Below the pieces are notes generated by a model, which worked only from the letters and a program-made list of their open reading frames with translations, did no database searches and was not told where the DNA came from. DNA of 64,000 bases from an uncultured Armatimonadia bacterium (GTDB lineage Bacteria > Armatimonadota > Zipacnadia > CAVVLO01), in the NCBI GenBank assembly GCA_963749155.1, contig CAVVLO010000002.1, forward strand, positions 1-64,000, read 5' to 3'. Made by a program: the position numbers and the translations under genes. Positions within the stretch are counted from its first letter, which is position 1; each line of letters opens with the position of its first letter. Shown here piece by piece: positions 8,136-17,907 of this stretch.

Positions 8136-9768
8136 GCAAGGCAAGTCAAAGCGAGGGCAGCCCTCTGCAGCAGATCCTGCGCAGAAAGCCCGGGCTGTCG
8201 GTTATGTCCGCTGTTCAACCGAAGACCAGGTCCAAGTCGACTACAATACGCTCGAGTCTCAGAAAGACTACATCAGGAGCTATATCGCCGCGGTGCACCC
8301 CGAATGGGAGCTCCTCACTTTCTACGAGGACGCCGGCTTCTCGGGCGGCAATACCAAGCGGCCGGCGCTGCAGTTGATGCTTGCCGATGCGCGCGATGGG
8401 CAGTTCGACTTCGTCGTCACCTACAAGCTGGACCGCATCACCCGCTCACTGTCCGACTTCTTCGAGCTCGACAGCCTGCTCGAGCGTAACGAGGTAAGTT
8501 TCATATCGGTGAAGGAGCAGTTCGACACTTCGGCCCCGATGGGCCGGGCCATGCGCAACATCGCCCTCACCTTCGCCGAACTCGAACGGGAGCTCATCGC
8601 CGAGCGCACGCGCGACAAGATGATGGCACTCGTGAGGCAGGGACGTTGGCCAGGCGGCACGCCACCCTTTGGTTATTCGGTCTGCGACGGAGGGCTAACA
8701 CGTGACGAGAACGAGGCGCCGATCGTGAAGCTCATTTACGAGGAATACCTTAGGACTCGGAGCCTGGCCGCCATCCGCGACAAGCTCGTGGCCCTCGGCA
8801 TAAAGCCGGCCAACTGGAGCACCAAGACCAACCCTGACAAGCGCGTCGTGCACCGCTGGTCCAAGCAGAAGGTAAGCTACATCCTGCAGAATCGCACCTA
8901 CTGCGGCGAACTGAACTATGCTGGCGAAAGGACCGAGAATACCCATCCCGCGATCATAGACCTGGAGACTTATGAACTGGCTCAGCAGCTGTTCGCAGAG
9001 CGTTGTCGTAAACCCAACCTGACTGTAGCCTATGAGTTCCTGCTCACAACCAAAGTCTACTGCGACCATTGCGGGTGCAGGATGTCGCCCCGAGCTACGA
9101 TGCACCCCAACCGGAAGAAGAGCTTCACCGCCTACTATGAATGCTACCGCATAGGCCGCTACCAAGGTATCGAGTGCGACGTCAGGCGCATCAACGGCGA
9201 GTTGCTGGACCAGCTGTTTCTCAACCTCATCGGAGAGCTTGCTGTCGATGAGGAAGCCCTTAGGAAGGCCGCCGCCGAGACCTTGCTCGAGACTGATGCC
9301 GCCACCGCTTCACTGAGGCAAGAGGGGCTGGAACTGGGGCGCAGGCACGACGACCTGCAGGGCAGACTCGAGGAAGTCCTCCAGGCCATCGAGCAGGGTC
9401 TGCGAAGCGATGCCATCCAGGGCAGGCTGAGGAAGCTGGAGACGGACTTGCGTAAAGTGGTGGCTGAACTGGCTGAGGTGAAGCTCAAGCTGCGCGAGGC
9501 CTCGCCCCTCGCTCTGGATGTGGTCGAGGCGAGGGCACTCTTCGCCGAACTAACGGAACTCCTGCCCTTCTGCACGCTGGATGAGAAGCGCCTGCTGGTG
9601 GACGCCCTCGTGAAGCGCATAACCGTCCAGAAAGACAAAACGGTGATCTTCGAGCTCTTTGCAGGCTCAGAAGAACACCGCGTTGTCCAGAACGTTAAGA
9701 GTGGTAGCGCCAAGGGGATTCGAACCCCTGTTACCGGAGTGAGAGTCCAGCGTCCTAGACCGAGCTAG
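8128..9768 (+). CDS. Full-length large serine recombinase (integrase)
   Basis: YVRCST, DAGFSGG, KLDRITR, FAELERELIAERT, GGTPPFGY, ILQNRTYCG, CDHCG...YYEC, coiled coil, LVKRITV. Confidence 0.95.
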   Translation: MRKQGKSKRGQPSAADPAQKARAVGYVRCSTEDQVQVDYNTLESQKDYIRSYIAAVHPEWELLTFYEDAGFSGGNTKRPALQLMLADARDGQFDFVVTYKLDRITRSLSDFFELDSLLERNEVSFISVKEQFDTSAPMGRAMRNIALTFAELERELIAERTRDKMMALVRQGRWPGGTPPFGYSVCDGGLTRDENEAPIVKLIYEEYLRTRSLAAIRDKLVALGIKPANWSTKTNPDKRVVHRWSKQKVSYILQNRTYCGELNYAGERTENTHPAIIDLETYELAQQLFAERCRKPNLTVAYEFLLTTKVYCDHCGCRMSPRATMHPNRKKSFTAYYECYRIGRYQGIECDVRRINGELLDQLFLNLIGELAVDEEALRKAAAETLLETDAATASLRQEGLELGRRHDDLQGRLEEVLQAIEQGLRSDAIQGRLRKLETDLRKVVAELAEVKLKLREASPLALDVVEARALFAELTELLPFCTLDEKRLLVDALVKRITVQKDKTVIFELFAGSEEHRVVQNVKSGSAKGIRTPVTGVRVQRPRPS

Positions 9769-9779
9769 ACGATGGCGCC
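9702..9779 (-). tRNA. tRNA-Glu(CTC)
   Basis: Reverse complement GGCGCCATCGTCTAGCTCGGTCTAGGACGCTGGACTCTCACTCCGGTAACAGGGGTTCGAATCCCCTTGGCGCTACCA: acceptor stem, anticodon CTC, TTCGAA T-loop and encoded CCA. Confidence 0.97.
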
Positions 9780-9790
9780 ACGCGGCGATG

Positions 9791-9819
9791 ATGTTAGCAG
9801 AAGCCCCCAGGGGCGTCAA
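9791..9819 (-). promoter_or_regulatory. sigma70 promoter of tRNA-Glu
   Basis: TTGACG-N17-TAACAT with extended TG. Confidence 0.75.
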
Positions 9820-9874
9820 CACCTCTCAGAGGCTCCCCCAGGGGCTTCCACCTTCTCATAAAGCCTACTGCTGC

Positions 9875-10129
9875 CTAGTTGCAGCTACATCCGCTGCAGC
9901 CACAGTCCGAACCTTTGTCCTCGGCTTCGTCGCTCTCGAGGAAAGCGTTCAACTCGGCTACAAGGGCCTCCACGTCCGTCCCGTGCGCCTCGGCGCCCAT
10001 CTCCAGACTCTCCATACTCGAGATTGGGCAACCGATGCAATGCATCCCATGCTTCAGGAAGATAGGCGCTGTCTCCCGGCTTATCTTCAGTACTTCCGCG
10101 AAAGTCATATCCTTTGTCACTTTTGCCAT
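9875..10129 (-). CDS. DUF1858 (hybrid-cluster-associated redox disulfide) domain protein
   Basis: VTKDMTFAEVL...FLKHGMHCIGC...ESLEMGAEAHG; Cys-rich tail. Confidence 0.85.
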   Translation of the reverse strand: MAKVTKDMTFAEVLKISRETAPIFLKHGMHCIGCPISSMESLEMGAEAHGTDVEALVAELNAFLESDEAEDKGSDCGCSGCSCN

Positions 10130-10145
10130 CTAACTTTCTCCTCCA

Positions 10146-11910
10146 TCAGAACTGGCTTTGCCAGTTGGTTAACTGCAAGAACTCGTCCCAATGGGTCGCA
10201 CTCGACCAGTCCAGCAGGTCGTAGTCGTCATCATAGGCCGACCCATTGTTCAAAACATAAAGCGCTAGCCCTTCGGCATCGATTGAATCAAAAGTCGAAT
10301 GTATCTCGTTTATCACGGCATTCGACACTGCGCTCCTTACATTATCGAGCGCCGACTGCACTCCAGCATCGCTGATCGTCTCCAGCTTATCCGCCAAATC
10401 ATACAGATCGCAAGTTGCAGTCGAGGTATTAAAATCCTCTGCGCCCTGCAAGGCAGTTGCCATCAAGCCCTGATCATTTGGGAATCGGGCAATCAACGCG
10501 TTTGCCAACTGGTCTACTGCAGCAGCCAGGCCAGTCATCTGGCTGAGATCGATTGCCGAAAGCGTCCTGTTGCTGGCGCCTGGATTGTAGCTGTCTGCGT
10601 ATAAATCTACAATCGCTGAAGCCAGTTGTGCTGCAGTAGCAGTTGGATTATCAAGCATCCACTCGATGACAGTGTCATAGGGAAGTCCGTAGGCTGGCAC
10701 TTCGTCTTCAGAAACCACAGCATATTCCGCATAGTCTTTCATTGCGTAACAGACTTCTGCAAAGCCCATCACGCAAGCGTCCATATCCAGTATCTCGACA
10801 TCGCCAGCAGTTGCCAGAGCGCTCTTGAGTTCAGGCAGATTGAGCCAGTCACCGCCATTTGTAGAGTCCTGGCAGATAGCCCGGGTGGGTATCTCCTGGA
10901 CTGCGCGGTAATCCCAGCCTGAGCCGTGATCCCAAAGCACCAGGCAATAATTATCGGCCGGATAATGCTCTTTGGCCCAACTGATGAAATTGGCCAGTGT
11001 AGTCGCACTGCCCATGTTCTGCTCGGGCAAGGTCTCAACGATAGTCGAATTGAGCACACTCAGATTGGTATCTGGTTGCATCTCATAACGCCAGGTGCCT
11101 GTATCGCCAATCCGGTCCCACTGCACGACGACCTTAACGGGGCCTTCAGCCTGAGCCAGCCCATATTCCATTTCTTGCATATCCATCGAGGCATAGGAAT
11201 CCAGGCTGTTGTCGCCATCGAGATAGACCAGGAAGGTCCAGGCGGAGCTTGTAACCGTCACATCAAGCTCGGTGTGGTAGGTGCTCCAGTCCGCGGTTAT
11301 CTTGCCGCTTGCCGATGAGACACCCGCGCCCAGCGCGGCGGTAAAAAGACCGTTGCTATCAATGTCGCCGATGCTTCCGATGACATCCCAGGTCACTGTG
11401 CCCGGGAGCACGATACGAGTACTCCTCGCCCCGGTTCCCAAACTCGTCTACCCCAGCGGCTTCGAACTGCACCTGGGCGCCGGCCGGGATGGCGTTCACG
11501 TCACGGTTCTCTGGTGGCAGAATCACGATGTCAGCAATAGCGCCCACCACAACAGTCACATTGGCAACAGCCACTTTACTCCCAACAGTCGCTACAACTG
11601 TACCGGTTACAGGATCATCGGTGCTGGTTGTTGTGGTAACGCTAAGCAGGCCCTCTCCATCGATGGTGCCGATCCCTCCCGTGACGCTCCAATCGGGATT
11701 TACAGAAACCGGGTTATCTTCTGAATCATAGGCGGTAGCCGTAAACTGGTAATCGGCGCCCGCTATCAGGTTGCCCGAATCGGGCGATATCTCGAGCCTG
11801 GCGATGGAACTGCCGCCGCCTCCCCCACCACAGCCTGCAAGCAAGGACGCGACGAGAATCAGACAACCTAGACCGACCAGTTTGGGCATAAGGGCTGAGC
11901 GCACTGTCAT
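10146..11910 (-). CDS. Clostripain-family (C11) cysteine peptidase lipoprotein with Ig-like repeats; frameshift near 11430
   Basis: Lipobox LLAGC after SD GGAGG; WTFLVYLDGDNSL, catalytic WDHGSGW and DACVM. ORFs 11359..11973 and 10146..11441 join in a G-run. Confidence 0.85.
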
Positions 11911-12023
11911 CTGCGCCTCCATATAATAATATGCTGCGCTAACTTTACCAGATAGGACTGTGCACGTGAACACTGCAGAGCCTCGGAAGGTTTCCTACTG
12001 GAAAGGTAGACGTTTATTTGAGG

Positions 12024-13379
12024 CTAGAGTTCTGGCACGGAGAAACTAATTTGCCGCGTCTTGCCCTGACTGGCGGACTCCTGGCGGCTGCTGATCACCT
12101 TCAGCAGCTTACCCTCCCGTCTTAACTCGAACGGCTGTCCTGTTGTAGGTTCGGCGGGCAGCCTCCATCCGAGTTGAGCCTCGATCTCCGCAACTGAAGT
12201 GGGTACCCGGCCCTTTTCCTGCTGGAAGGCTAGTGCTGCAAGCGCCACCCTTGCGCAGGTACAATAGGTCTGTGTATCCACGAACCTTCCAAGCGCCTCG
12301 GCCTCGACCGGTAGCATCGATCTCGAAATCAGCGCATACCATGGGGCGTTGGGAAGGTTTACATCAAGACCCGCAACTGCGGCTGGCCTGTCGGGAGCCT
12401 GTTCATAAACCAAGCAGCGCTCTATCAGCCCTGCCATCGTATCGAGATAGTAGTTCTCGTCCTTTGCCAGGGCCCAGACATGCGGGCTGAGTAACGGCAC
12501 ACTGAGCCACCTGGCCTGCCATGTGACTGGTTCCTCCGCTACGGCATTGGCGAAGGTGACCTGCCTGCCGAAGGTCCACCTGCTGTTCCGCATCTCATCG
12601 TAAATCGCAACCGTCATCGCACGCGCGCCTGCGAGTGTACGGGCCAGACCGGAGAAGCTGGTGTACTCACCGAGAGAGTCAAATTCCCTCTTGAGTACAC
12701 GCGGAGAAGGCGTCGACTCCCGCAATGACGCCTCGAGCGAGGCAAGGGCGATAGCCAGGACTGCCCTTTGGGTGAGGCGCACGATGAGCTGGGGCTCCTC
12801 CCCCAACGCGCTGGCAAGGGCCAGGCCTGTGACAAAGCTGGCCATTGCCGCGTCGGCTTTCCTCTCGGCTGCCAAAATAATCGTCTGCGTAGCCTGCAGC
12901 TGGGCCAGCCCCTTAAATCTGCCTGACTGGAGGAAAAATGGGAAGGGTTGCGACCAGTCGGTGGGAAGGACCGTGCGCGGCTGCCTGACGCCCTGCGCGA
13001 TGAGCGCCAACGCTTCAGAGTTGCGGGTGACGAAGAGCTTAGCCTCCGAGAGTTGCTCCGGCGTGAGCTTCCCGTCACGGACCAGGTCCGCCATCGCGTT
13101 GAGGAGTTCACTTTTCAGCTTGTGCGACTCCAACTCCTCACTGGCTTCCAGGAAGTAGGTGAAGCCGTTCGTGGCCTCCGGTTGGGGTGGCGGTGCAAGG
13201 CTCGCGACACTCACTGGCATACCGGCGGTCTGCAAGGCGGTGATTCGGGCAGATAGACGCCCCTCCTGGCTTCTGCCCATCACGTAGAAGACTACCTGCA
13301 GCAGCAGGAAAACCGCGAGCACCACCAGGGCTACCTTCAGCCGCCTGTGGAAAGCGCTTGTCTGTTGCTCAAGTGTCAT
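12024..13379 (-). CDS. Membrane-anchored hypothetical protein, array paralogue 1
   Basis: N-terminal TM, PPPQPEATNGFTYF, AKDENYYL, CARVALAAL...PAEPTTGQP...FSVP. Confidence 0.8.
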   Translation of the reverse strand: MTLEQQTSAFHRRLKVALVVLAVFLLLQVVFYVMGRSQEGRLSARITALQTAGMPVSVASLAPPPQPEATNGFTYFLEASEELESHKLKSELLNAMADLVRDGKLTPEQLSEAKLFVTRNSEALALIAQGVRQPRTVLPTDWSQPFPFFLQSGRFKGLAQLQATQTIILAAERKADAAMASFVTGLALASALGEEPQLIVRLTQRAVLAIALASLEASLRESTPSPRVLKREFDSLGEYTSFSGLARTLAGARAMTVAIYDEMRNSRWTFGRQVTFANAVAEEPVTWQARWLSVPLLSPHVWALAKDENYYLDTMAGLIERCLVYEQAPDRPAAVAGLDVNLPNAPWYALISRSMLPVEAEALGRFVDTQTYCTCARVALAALAFQQEKGRVPTSVAEIEAQLGWRLPAEPTTGQPFELRREGKLLKVISSRQESASQGKTRQISFSVPEL

Positions 13380-13417
13380 CTCGTACCTCCGCCAGACAGC
13401 AGTGACCTCGGTTCCAT

Positions 13418-14790
13418 CTTACACCCCCGGTACGGAGAAACTAATCTGCCGCGCTCTTGCCCTGGCCGGCGTTCTCGGTCAGCACAGACTCCACCCGGAG
13501 CAGCTTGCCATCGCGAACCAGCTTGAAGGCCTTGCCGGAGCCGGGATCGAGGGGGAGCTTCCAACCGAGGGTCTTCTCCACCTCGTCGAGCGAAGTCGGA
13601 TCCTCCCCAGTCTTCTGCTGGAAGGCCACGACCGCCAGGCCGCACCGGGCGGAGTTAAGCTCGGCCTGCACCTCGGACGGTACTCTCGAGTATGTTCAGC
13701 GGTCATCGGCAGCAGCACGGCCGACGATTACGACGGGGGAAGTGGATATGCGGGCTCTTGCACGAGGGCGGCGGTCCAGGGGGCCTTCTCGACGGGCTAG
13801 ACCTGCGTCCAACTGGCTCTGCATAGCGGAGAGGTAATAGTTCTCGTCCAGCGCGTAGGAAGACACGCATCATGCCCCGTGATGAGAACATGTAGCAAGC
13901 TGGAGGCCCTTCTGGTTGTTCCTCGCCTGAGAGCTCCGCCAGGGAGGCTCGCCACTCGCGCAGTAGACCGAAGCACCAAAGTCCCGAGGCGCGCTCTGCC
14001 TCGAGGCGCTGGCGTCAGTCGCCGCCAGATTATCGAACTGGCCGAACTCCTCGAAGGCAATCCTCAGGGTCTGCTGAGAGGGCCTCGTCAGCGCAAGCAC
14101 CTGCTCGCAGCGCATCGACCGCGATGCTCTGGCAGGCCACCTGGATCAGCACTGGTGCATCCGCTGGCCCCTCCCCGGCGACCTCGGCCAACCGCAGCGC
14201 CTGGAGAGGCCTGCATCGCTGCCGCCGGCTGGCCGTCGCGCGGCGAGTAGCACCGCGTTGCCGCAACCTCACGTCGGGTCAGCGTCGCGCAGCCCAGTGT
14301 TGCCGCGGTAGCGTGAAGGCGTATCGGCGTCATCCCAGTCCGCCATCGAACGGACGTGGGGCTTCTGAGCCCTGCGCGCATCAGCGAGAGGGCCTTCCCG
14401 CTGTGCTGCGGATCGCCTGTCCGAGCAGCGGCCAGCTCTTCGGGAGCCAGCTTACCAGCCAGCACAAGCTTGGGGTGCCATAGAGCGCGTCCTCTCGTCT
14501 TTGGCGAGGTCGAGGGCGTGCCAGCCTGCGATAAAGTCGACTCGCCCCATTCTGCTCGGCGGGAATGGGCGGCGGCTTGGCCAGGTCCTTCCCAAGACGG
14601 TAGGCGCGCCCTGGGCCTTCAGCTCTGCGATCCTCGCGTCCACCTTCGCCAGAAGAGCATCCATCCACGAGAATATACAGCGCGATGCAGAGAGCCCGTA
14701 ACTCACCAGAGCCGCGCAGGCAGCAGCACCAGCCACCTGGCCAGGCTGGTCTTCCCCGCCTTGTCAGGTGTCTTCCCGTTGCTCCGTCAC
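13418..14790 (-). pseudogene. Heavily frameshifted array paralogue 2
   Basis: Family motifs are scattered over frames: DARIAELKAQGAPT, ALDENYYL, ARCGLAVVAFQQKTGEDPTSLDEVEKTLGWKLPLDPGSG, FSVPGV. Confidence 0.75.
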
Positions 14791-14811
14791 TGCTCTCACC
14801 CCCTTACCATC

Positions 14812-16317
14812 TTACACCCCCGGCACGGAGAAGGTGATTGGTAGCGTGACCCTCGTACTCTCATAGGGCGCCAACTTTGGACGTTGCCCTCCTGGTTGCT
14901 GGACGCTGGGCTGTCCAGGGGCAACCTGCATGAAGACCGGCAGGGGCCCCACTGGAGCCTTGGGCTTGGCAGGCTTGACAGGCTTGGCTGGCTTGTGGAG
15001 GTAGGTTGGCACCTTCAGGCTGCTGGTCACAGTCAGTCGCCCCTTGTCTCTCGTCAGAGCGAAGGTTTTACCGGAGCCGGGATCAAGGGGGAGCTTCCAC
15101 CCGAGTGTCTTCTCCACCTCGTCGAGCGAAGTCGGATCCTCCCCAGTCTTCTGCTGGAAGGCCACAACCGCCAGTCCGCAGCGGGCGGCATTCAAGCGTG
15201 TTTGGATCTTGATTATCCTCTCCAGTTGCCAATCTAGACTGATGCGCCACGGGGCTGAGACATAAGCATACCAGGGCCAGAGCTCACTAGAACGCAGGGG
15301 AAGCGGGCAGTCAGTTGGGTCGGCGGCCCACTGGCGCAATGCTTGCTGGCGCACTCGAAGCCAGCCCAACAGTTCCCTCTCGTCGCGGGTCGCAAGCCAT
15401 TCCAGCAGGCATGTCGTGTGCCCGGGGGGGCTCTGAAGGCAGATCCACGCCGGCGGGTCGGGGGTCCAGAAGCTGCTAAGACCGTGAGTGGGAGACAAGG
15501 GATACTCTCCCGACCTGAGCGCCTCGTAGCGCCAGACAACCAATGTGTATTCGTCATCCAGCGCCTCGGCCTGTTCGGCGAGGAGGTCGAAGCGCCCAAG
15601 TGCCTCATAGAGGGCAACCGTCTTACGCTTTGAGGGCGTCGTAACTCGGAGGACAAGCTCCAGGTTCCCCAGTTCCTTCTCGAGCGAGCTGGTCGCGGTT
15701 AGCAGCGAGATGCAGCCGGGCTCCTGGCAGAGCGACCTCTGTACGGCCAGATCCAACTGTAGCGCATCAAACGCCTCATCGGGCTTCCCGTCCATCGCCC
15801 GGACCAGCGAATACAGGCCCAGGAACCTGGACAGACTGCGGGTTCTGTGAAGGTGTGGAAACTGCGCACCGGTACCGGCTTGCCAGTCCACCGGATAGAC
15901 GGACGCCGGACACCTGGCGCCTTGCTCGATCAAGGCAAGTACTTGCTTCCTGCTAGCGAGCAGCTTCCTGCCTTTGGCAAGCGCCACAGTATCGAGCTTG
16001 TCCTCCCAGCGAAGGCCCCTCTCGAGTTGGCTATAGACAAAGTCAGGCGACGGCAGCTCCGTGCTGCGGGTCTGCTCTGCTGCCTTGAGGAAGTAGGTGG
16101 CGGCGTTCTGCTCGGGTGGCAGGGCCGGGCGCACAAGGTCGGCCCACTGCGTCGGTATGCCCTGGGCGCGCAGAGCCGCGACATCCTGGGCCAGGCCCCG
16201 CTCCTCCAGCTTCAGTGGAACAAGGAAGACCAGCTCGAAAGTGACGACCAGCAACACGACCGGCAGACAGCCAAACAGGCAACAACCTCGCGCAAGGCGC
16301 TTCAGGACTCGCTTCAT
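14812..16317 (-). CDS. Array paralogue 3
   Basis: TM, PPEQNAATYF, PVDWQAG, ARCGLAVVAF...PLDPGSG, Pro-rich linker, FSVPGV. Confidence 0.8.
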   Translation of the reverse strand: MKRVLKRLARGCCLFGCLPVVLLVVTFELVFLVPLKLEERGLAQDVAALRAQGIPTQWADLVRPALPPEQNAATYFLKAAEQTRSTELPSPDFVYSQLERGLRWEDKLDTVALAKGRKLLASRKQVLALIEQGARCPASVYPVDWQAGTGAQFPHLHRTRSLSRFLGLYSLVRAMDGKPDEAFDALQLDLAVQRSLCQEPGCISLLTATSSLEKELGNLELVLRVTTPSKRKTVALYEALGRFDLLAEQAEALDDEYTLVVWRYEALRSGEYPLSPTHGLSSFWTPDPPAWICLQSPPGHTTCLLEWLATRDERELLGWLRVRQQALRQWAADPTDCPLPLRSSELWPWYAYVSAPWRISLDWQLERIIKIQTRLNAARCGLAVVAFQQKTGEDPTSLDEVEKTLGWKLPLDPGSGKTFALTRDKGRLTVTSSLKVPTYLHKPAKPVKPAKPKAPVGPLPVFMQVAPGQPSVQQPGGQRPKLAPYESTRVTLPITFSVPGV

Positions 16318-16329
16318 CTCGCCAACCCC

Positions 16330-17739
16330 TTAGCGCGCAGGCACGGAGAAGGTGATGGGCTCCATCGGGCATAGCTCTGTGCCAGGGGCAACCTGGTCGC
16401 GTTGCGTCGGTCCACCGGGCAATACTGGAGGAAGTGGCGTATGCGATTCGACCGTGCGCTGGCTCTGTATGACCAACTCGTCGCCCTGCTTCACCAGCTT
16501 GAGCGGTTCGCCAGTTGCCGGATCGTCAGGCAGGTCCCAGCCCAGCCTCGCTTCGATCTGCGCTGCAGAACCAGGCAATTGGCCTGTCTGCTGGCGATAA
16601 GCGAGCGCAGCCAGCGCCACTCGCGCGCAGCTTATTCGCGCGAGGGTGTCGACTCCCTTGGCGATTGGCCTCGAGAAGACCGGGGTGATGATGCGCGTCA
16701 GCACCGCGTACCACGGGGCGGTGTCCTCGACCACCTCAGCCAGGAGAGGGGCTTTGGCGGGGTTCTCGACATACTGCCGAGCCGACTCAATCTGTCGAGC
16801 CATCTCGTCCAGGTAGTAGTTCTCATCCTTGGCGAGCAGCCAGCGGCCGGGGCCAACCCCTCGCAGGATTAGCCACCTGACCGCCGTGGTAGACGACTGC
16901 CCCTCGTCCGAGACGCCCATCAGTTGGCCAAAGGAATACTTACCGCTCCGGAGGTCTTCGAAGACTCCAAGGCCGAAAGCACGTTCTCCTTCCAGCGCGC
17001 GCACCAGCGACTGCAACTCGTCGGTCTTGCCCAGCATGTCATAGGCCCGCTTGAGTGCTGCGACCGAGGGGCGCGACACCTTCAGCGACGCCTCAAGCGA
17101 ATTCAAGGCTATCGCCTCCATCGCTATCCGCACAAGCTGGCCGATAAGCGTCCAGTCATCCTGGGATGTGGCGGCCAGGCGCATCCCGGCGATGAAGCTC
17201 TCCATCGCCGCATCGCCTTGGCCCGAGGCCGCAAGCACCACCGTCTGGGCCGCCTGTACCCGGGCCAGCTCGCGGACCTTGGCCCAATGACCGAAGGTAG
17301 CCCCAGTTCCCTTCTCCCAGTCCACGTGGAAGACCGTCCGCGGCTGCTCGTTGCCCTTGGCGATCAGCGTCAGCGCCTTGCTGTTACGGCTGAGTATGGC
17401 TTGTACCTGCGCAAGCTGCTTGGCGTCCAGTTTGCCCTCGAGCACCAGCCTGGGAGCGTTGGCCAGCAAGTCTTTCTCGTCATTCTGGAAGCTTAGTGCC
17501 GCGTCGGCCTCGAGGTAGTAAGTGGCGCCGTTGGTCTCCGCAGGCTGGGGCGGAAGGGCAAGATCGGTATACTTCGTGGGCATCCCCTCGGCCTTGAGGG
17601 CCTCGAGCCTGGCTTGCAGCTTGCTGTATTCGCTTCTCCCAAGGAGGTAGAAGACCAACTGCAGCAGCAAAGCGAGGGCCAGGATGACAAGCAGGCCTGA
17701 GAGGACGCAACTGCCAAAGCTTCTTTTCTCGGTTTCCAT
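16330..17739 (-). CDS. Array paralogue 4 (start at ATG 17739 by homology to 19311)
   Basis: TM, TNGATYYLEA, AKDENYYL, PDDPATGEP, FSVPAR. Confidence 0.8.
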   Translation of the reverse strand: METEKRSFGSCVLSGLLVILALALLLQLVFYLLGRSEYSKLQARLEALKAEGMPTKYTDLALPPQPAETNGATYYLEADAALSFQNDEKDLLANAPRLVLEGKLDAKQLAQVQAILSRNSKALTLIAKGNEQPRTVFHVDWEKGTGATFGHWAKVRELARVQAAQTVVLAASGQGDAAMESFIAGMRLAATSQDDWTLIGQLVRIAMEAIALNSLEASLKVSRPSVAALKRAYDMLGKTDELQSLVRALEGERAFGLGVFEDLRSGKYSFGQLMGVSDEGQSSTTAVRWLILRGVGPGRWLLAKDENYYLDEMARQIESARQYVENPAKAPLLAEVVEDTAPWYAVLTRIITPVFSRPIAKGVDTLARISCARVALAALAYRQQTGQLPGSAAQIEARLGWDLPDDPATGEPLKLVKQGDELVIQSQRTVESHTPLPPVLPGGPTQRDQVAPGTELCPMEPITFSVPAR

Positions 17740-17808
17740 ACCCAATCGCCCCTTGGCTGCCCTGAAGGCAACCTTCACCGGAATTACGCCTGGGTGTGAG
17801 GCCTGGTT

Positions 17809-17895
17809 TCAGGAAGAAGTCAGTGCACCTGAGAAAGACCAGCTCGAAAGCGACAGGCAACAACCCCGCGCAAGGCGCTTCAGGACTCGCTTCAT
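17809..17895 (-). pseudogene. Relic 5' end of a paralogue-3-like gene
   Basis: MKRVLKRLARGCCL is identical to the start of 16317, followed by an internal deletion and a stop. Confidence 0.8.
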
Positions 17896-17907
17896 CTCGC
17901 CCGCCTC

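Larger units (their letters stand above)
1..9702. mobile_element. Right arm of an integrative element/genomic island inserted at the 3' end of tRNA-Glu; left boundary not seen
   Basis: The integrase directly abuts and overlaps the tRNA 3' end. No duplicated tRNA end was found in the window, so the extent and inclusion of the ligase gene are inferred. Confidence 0.6.
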
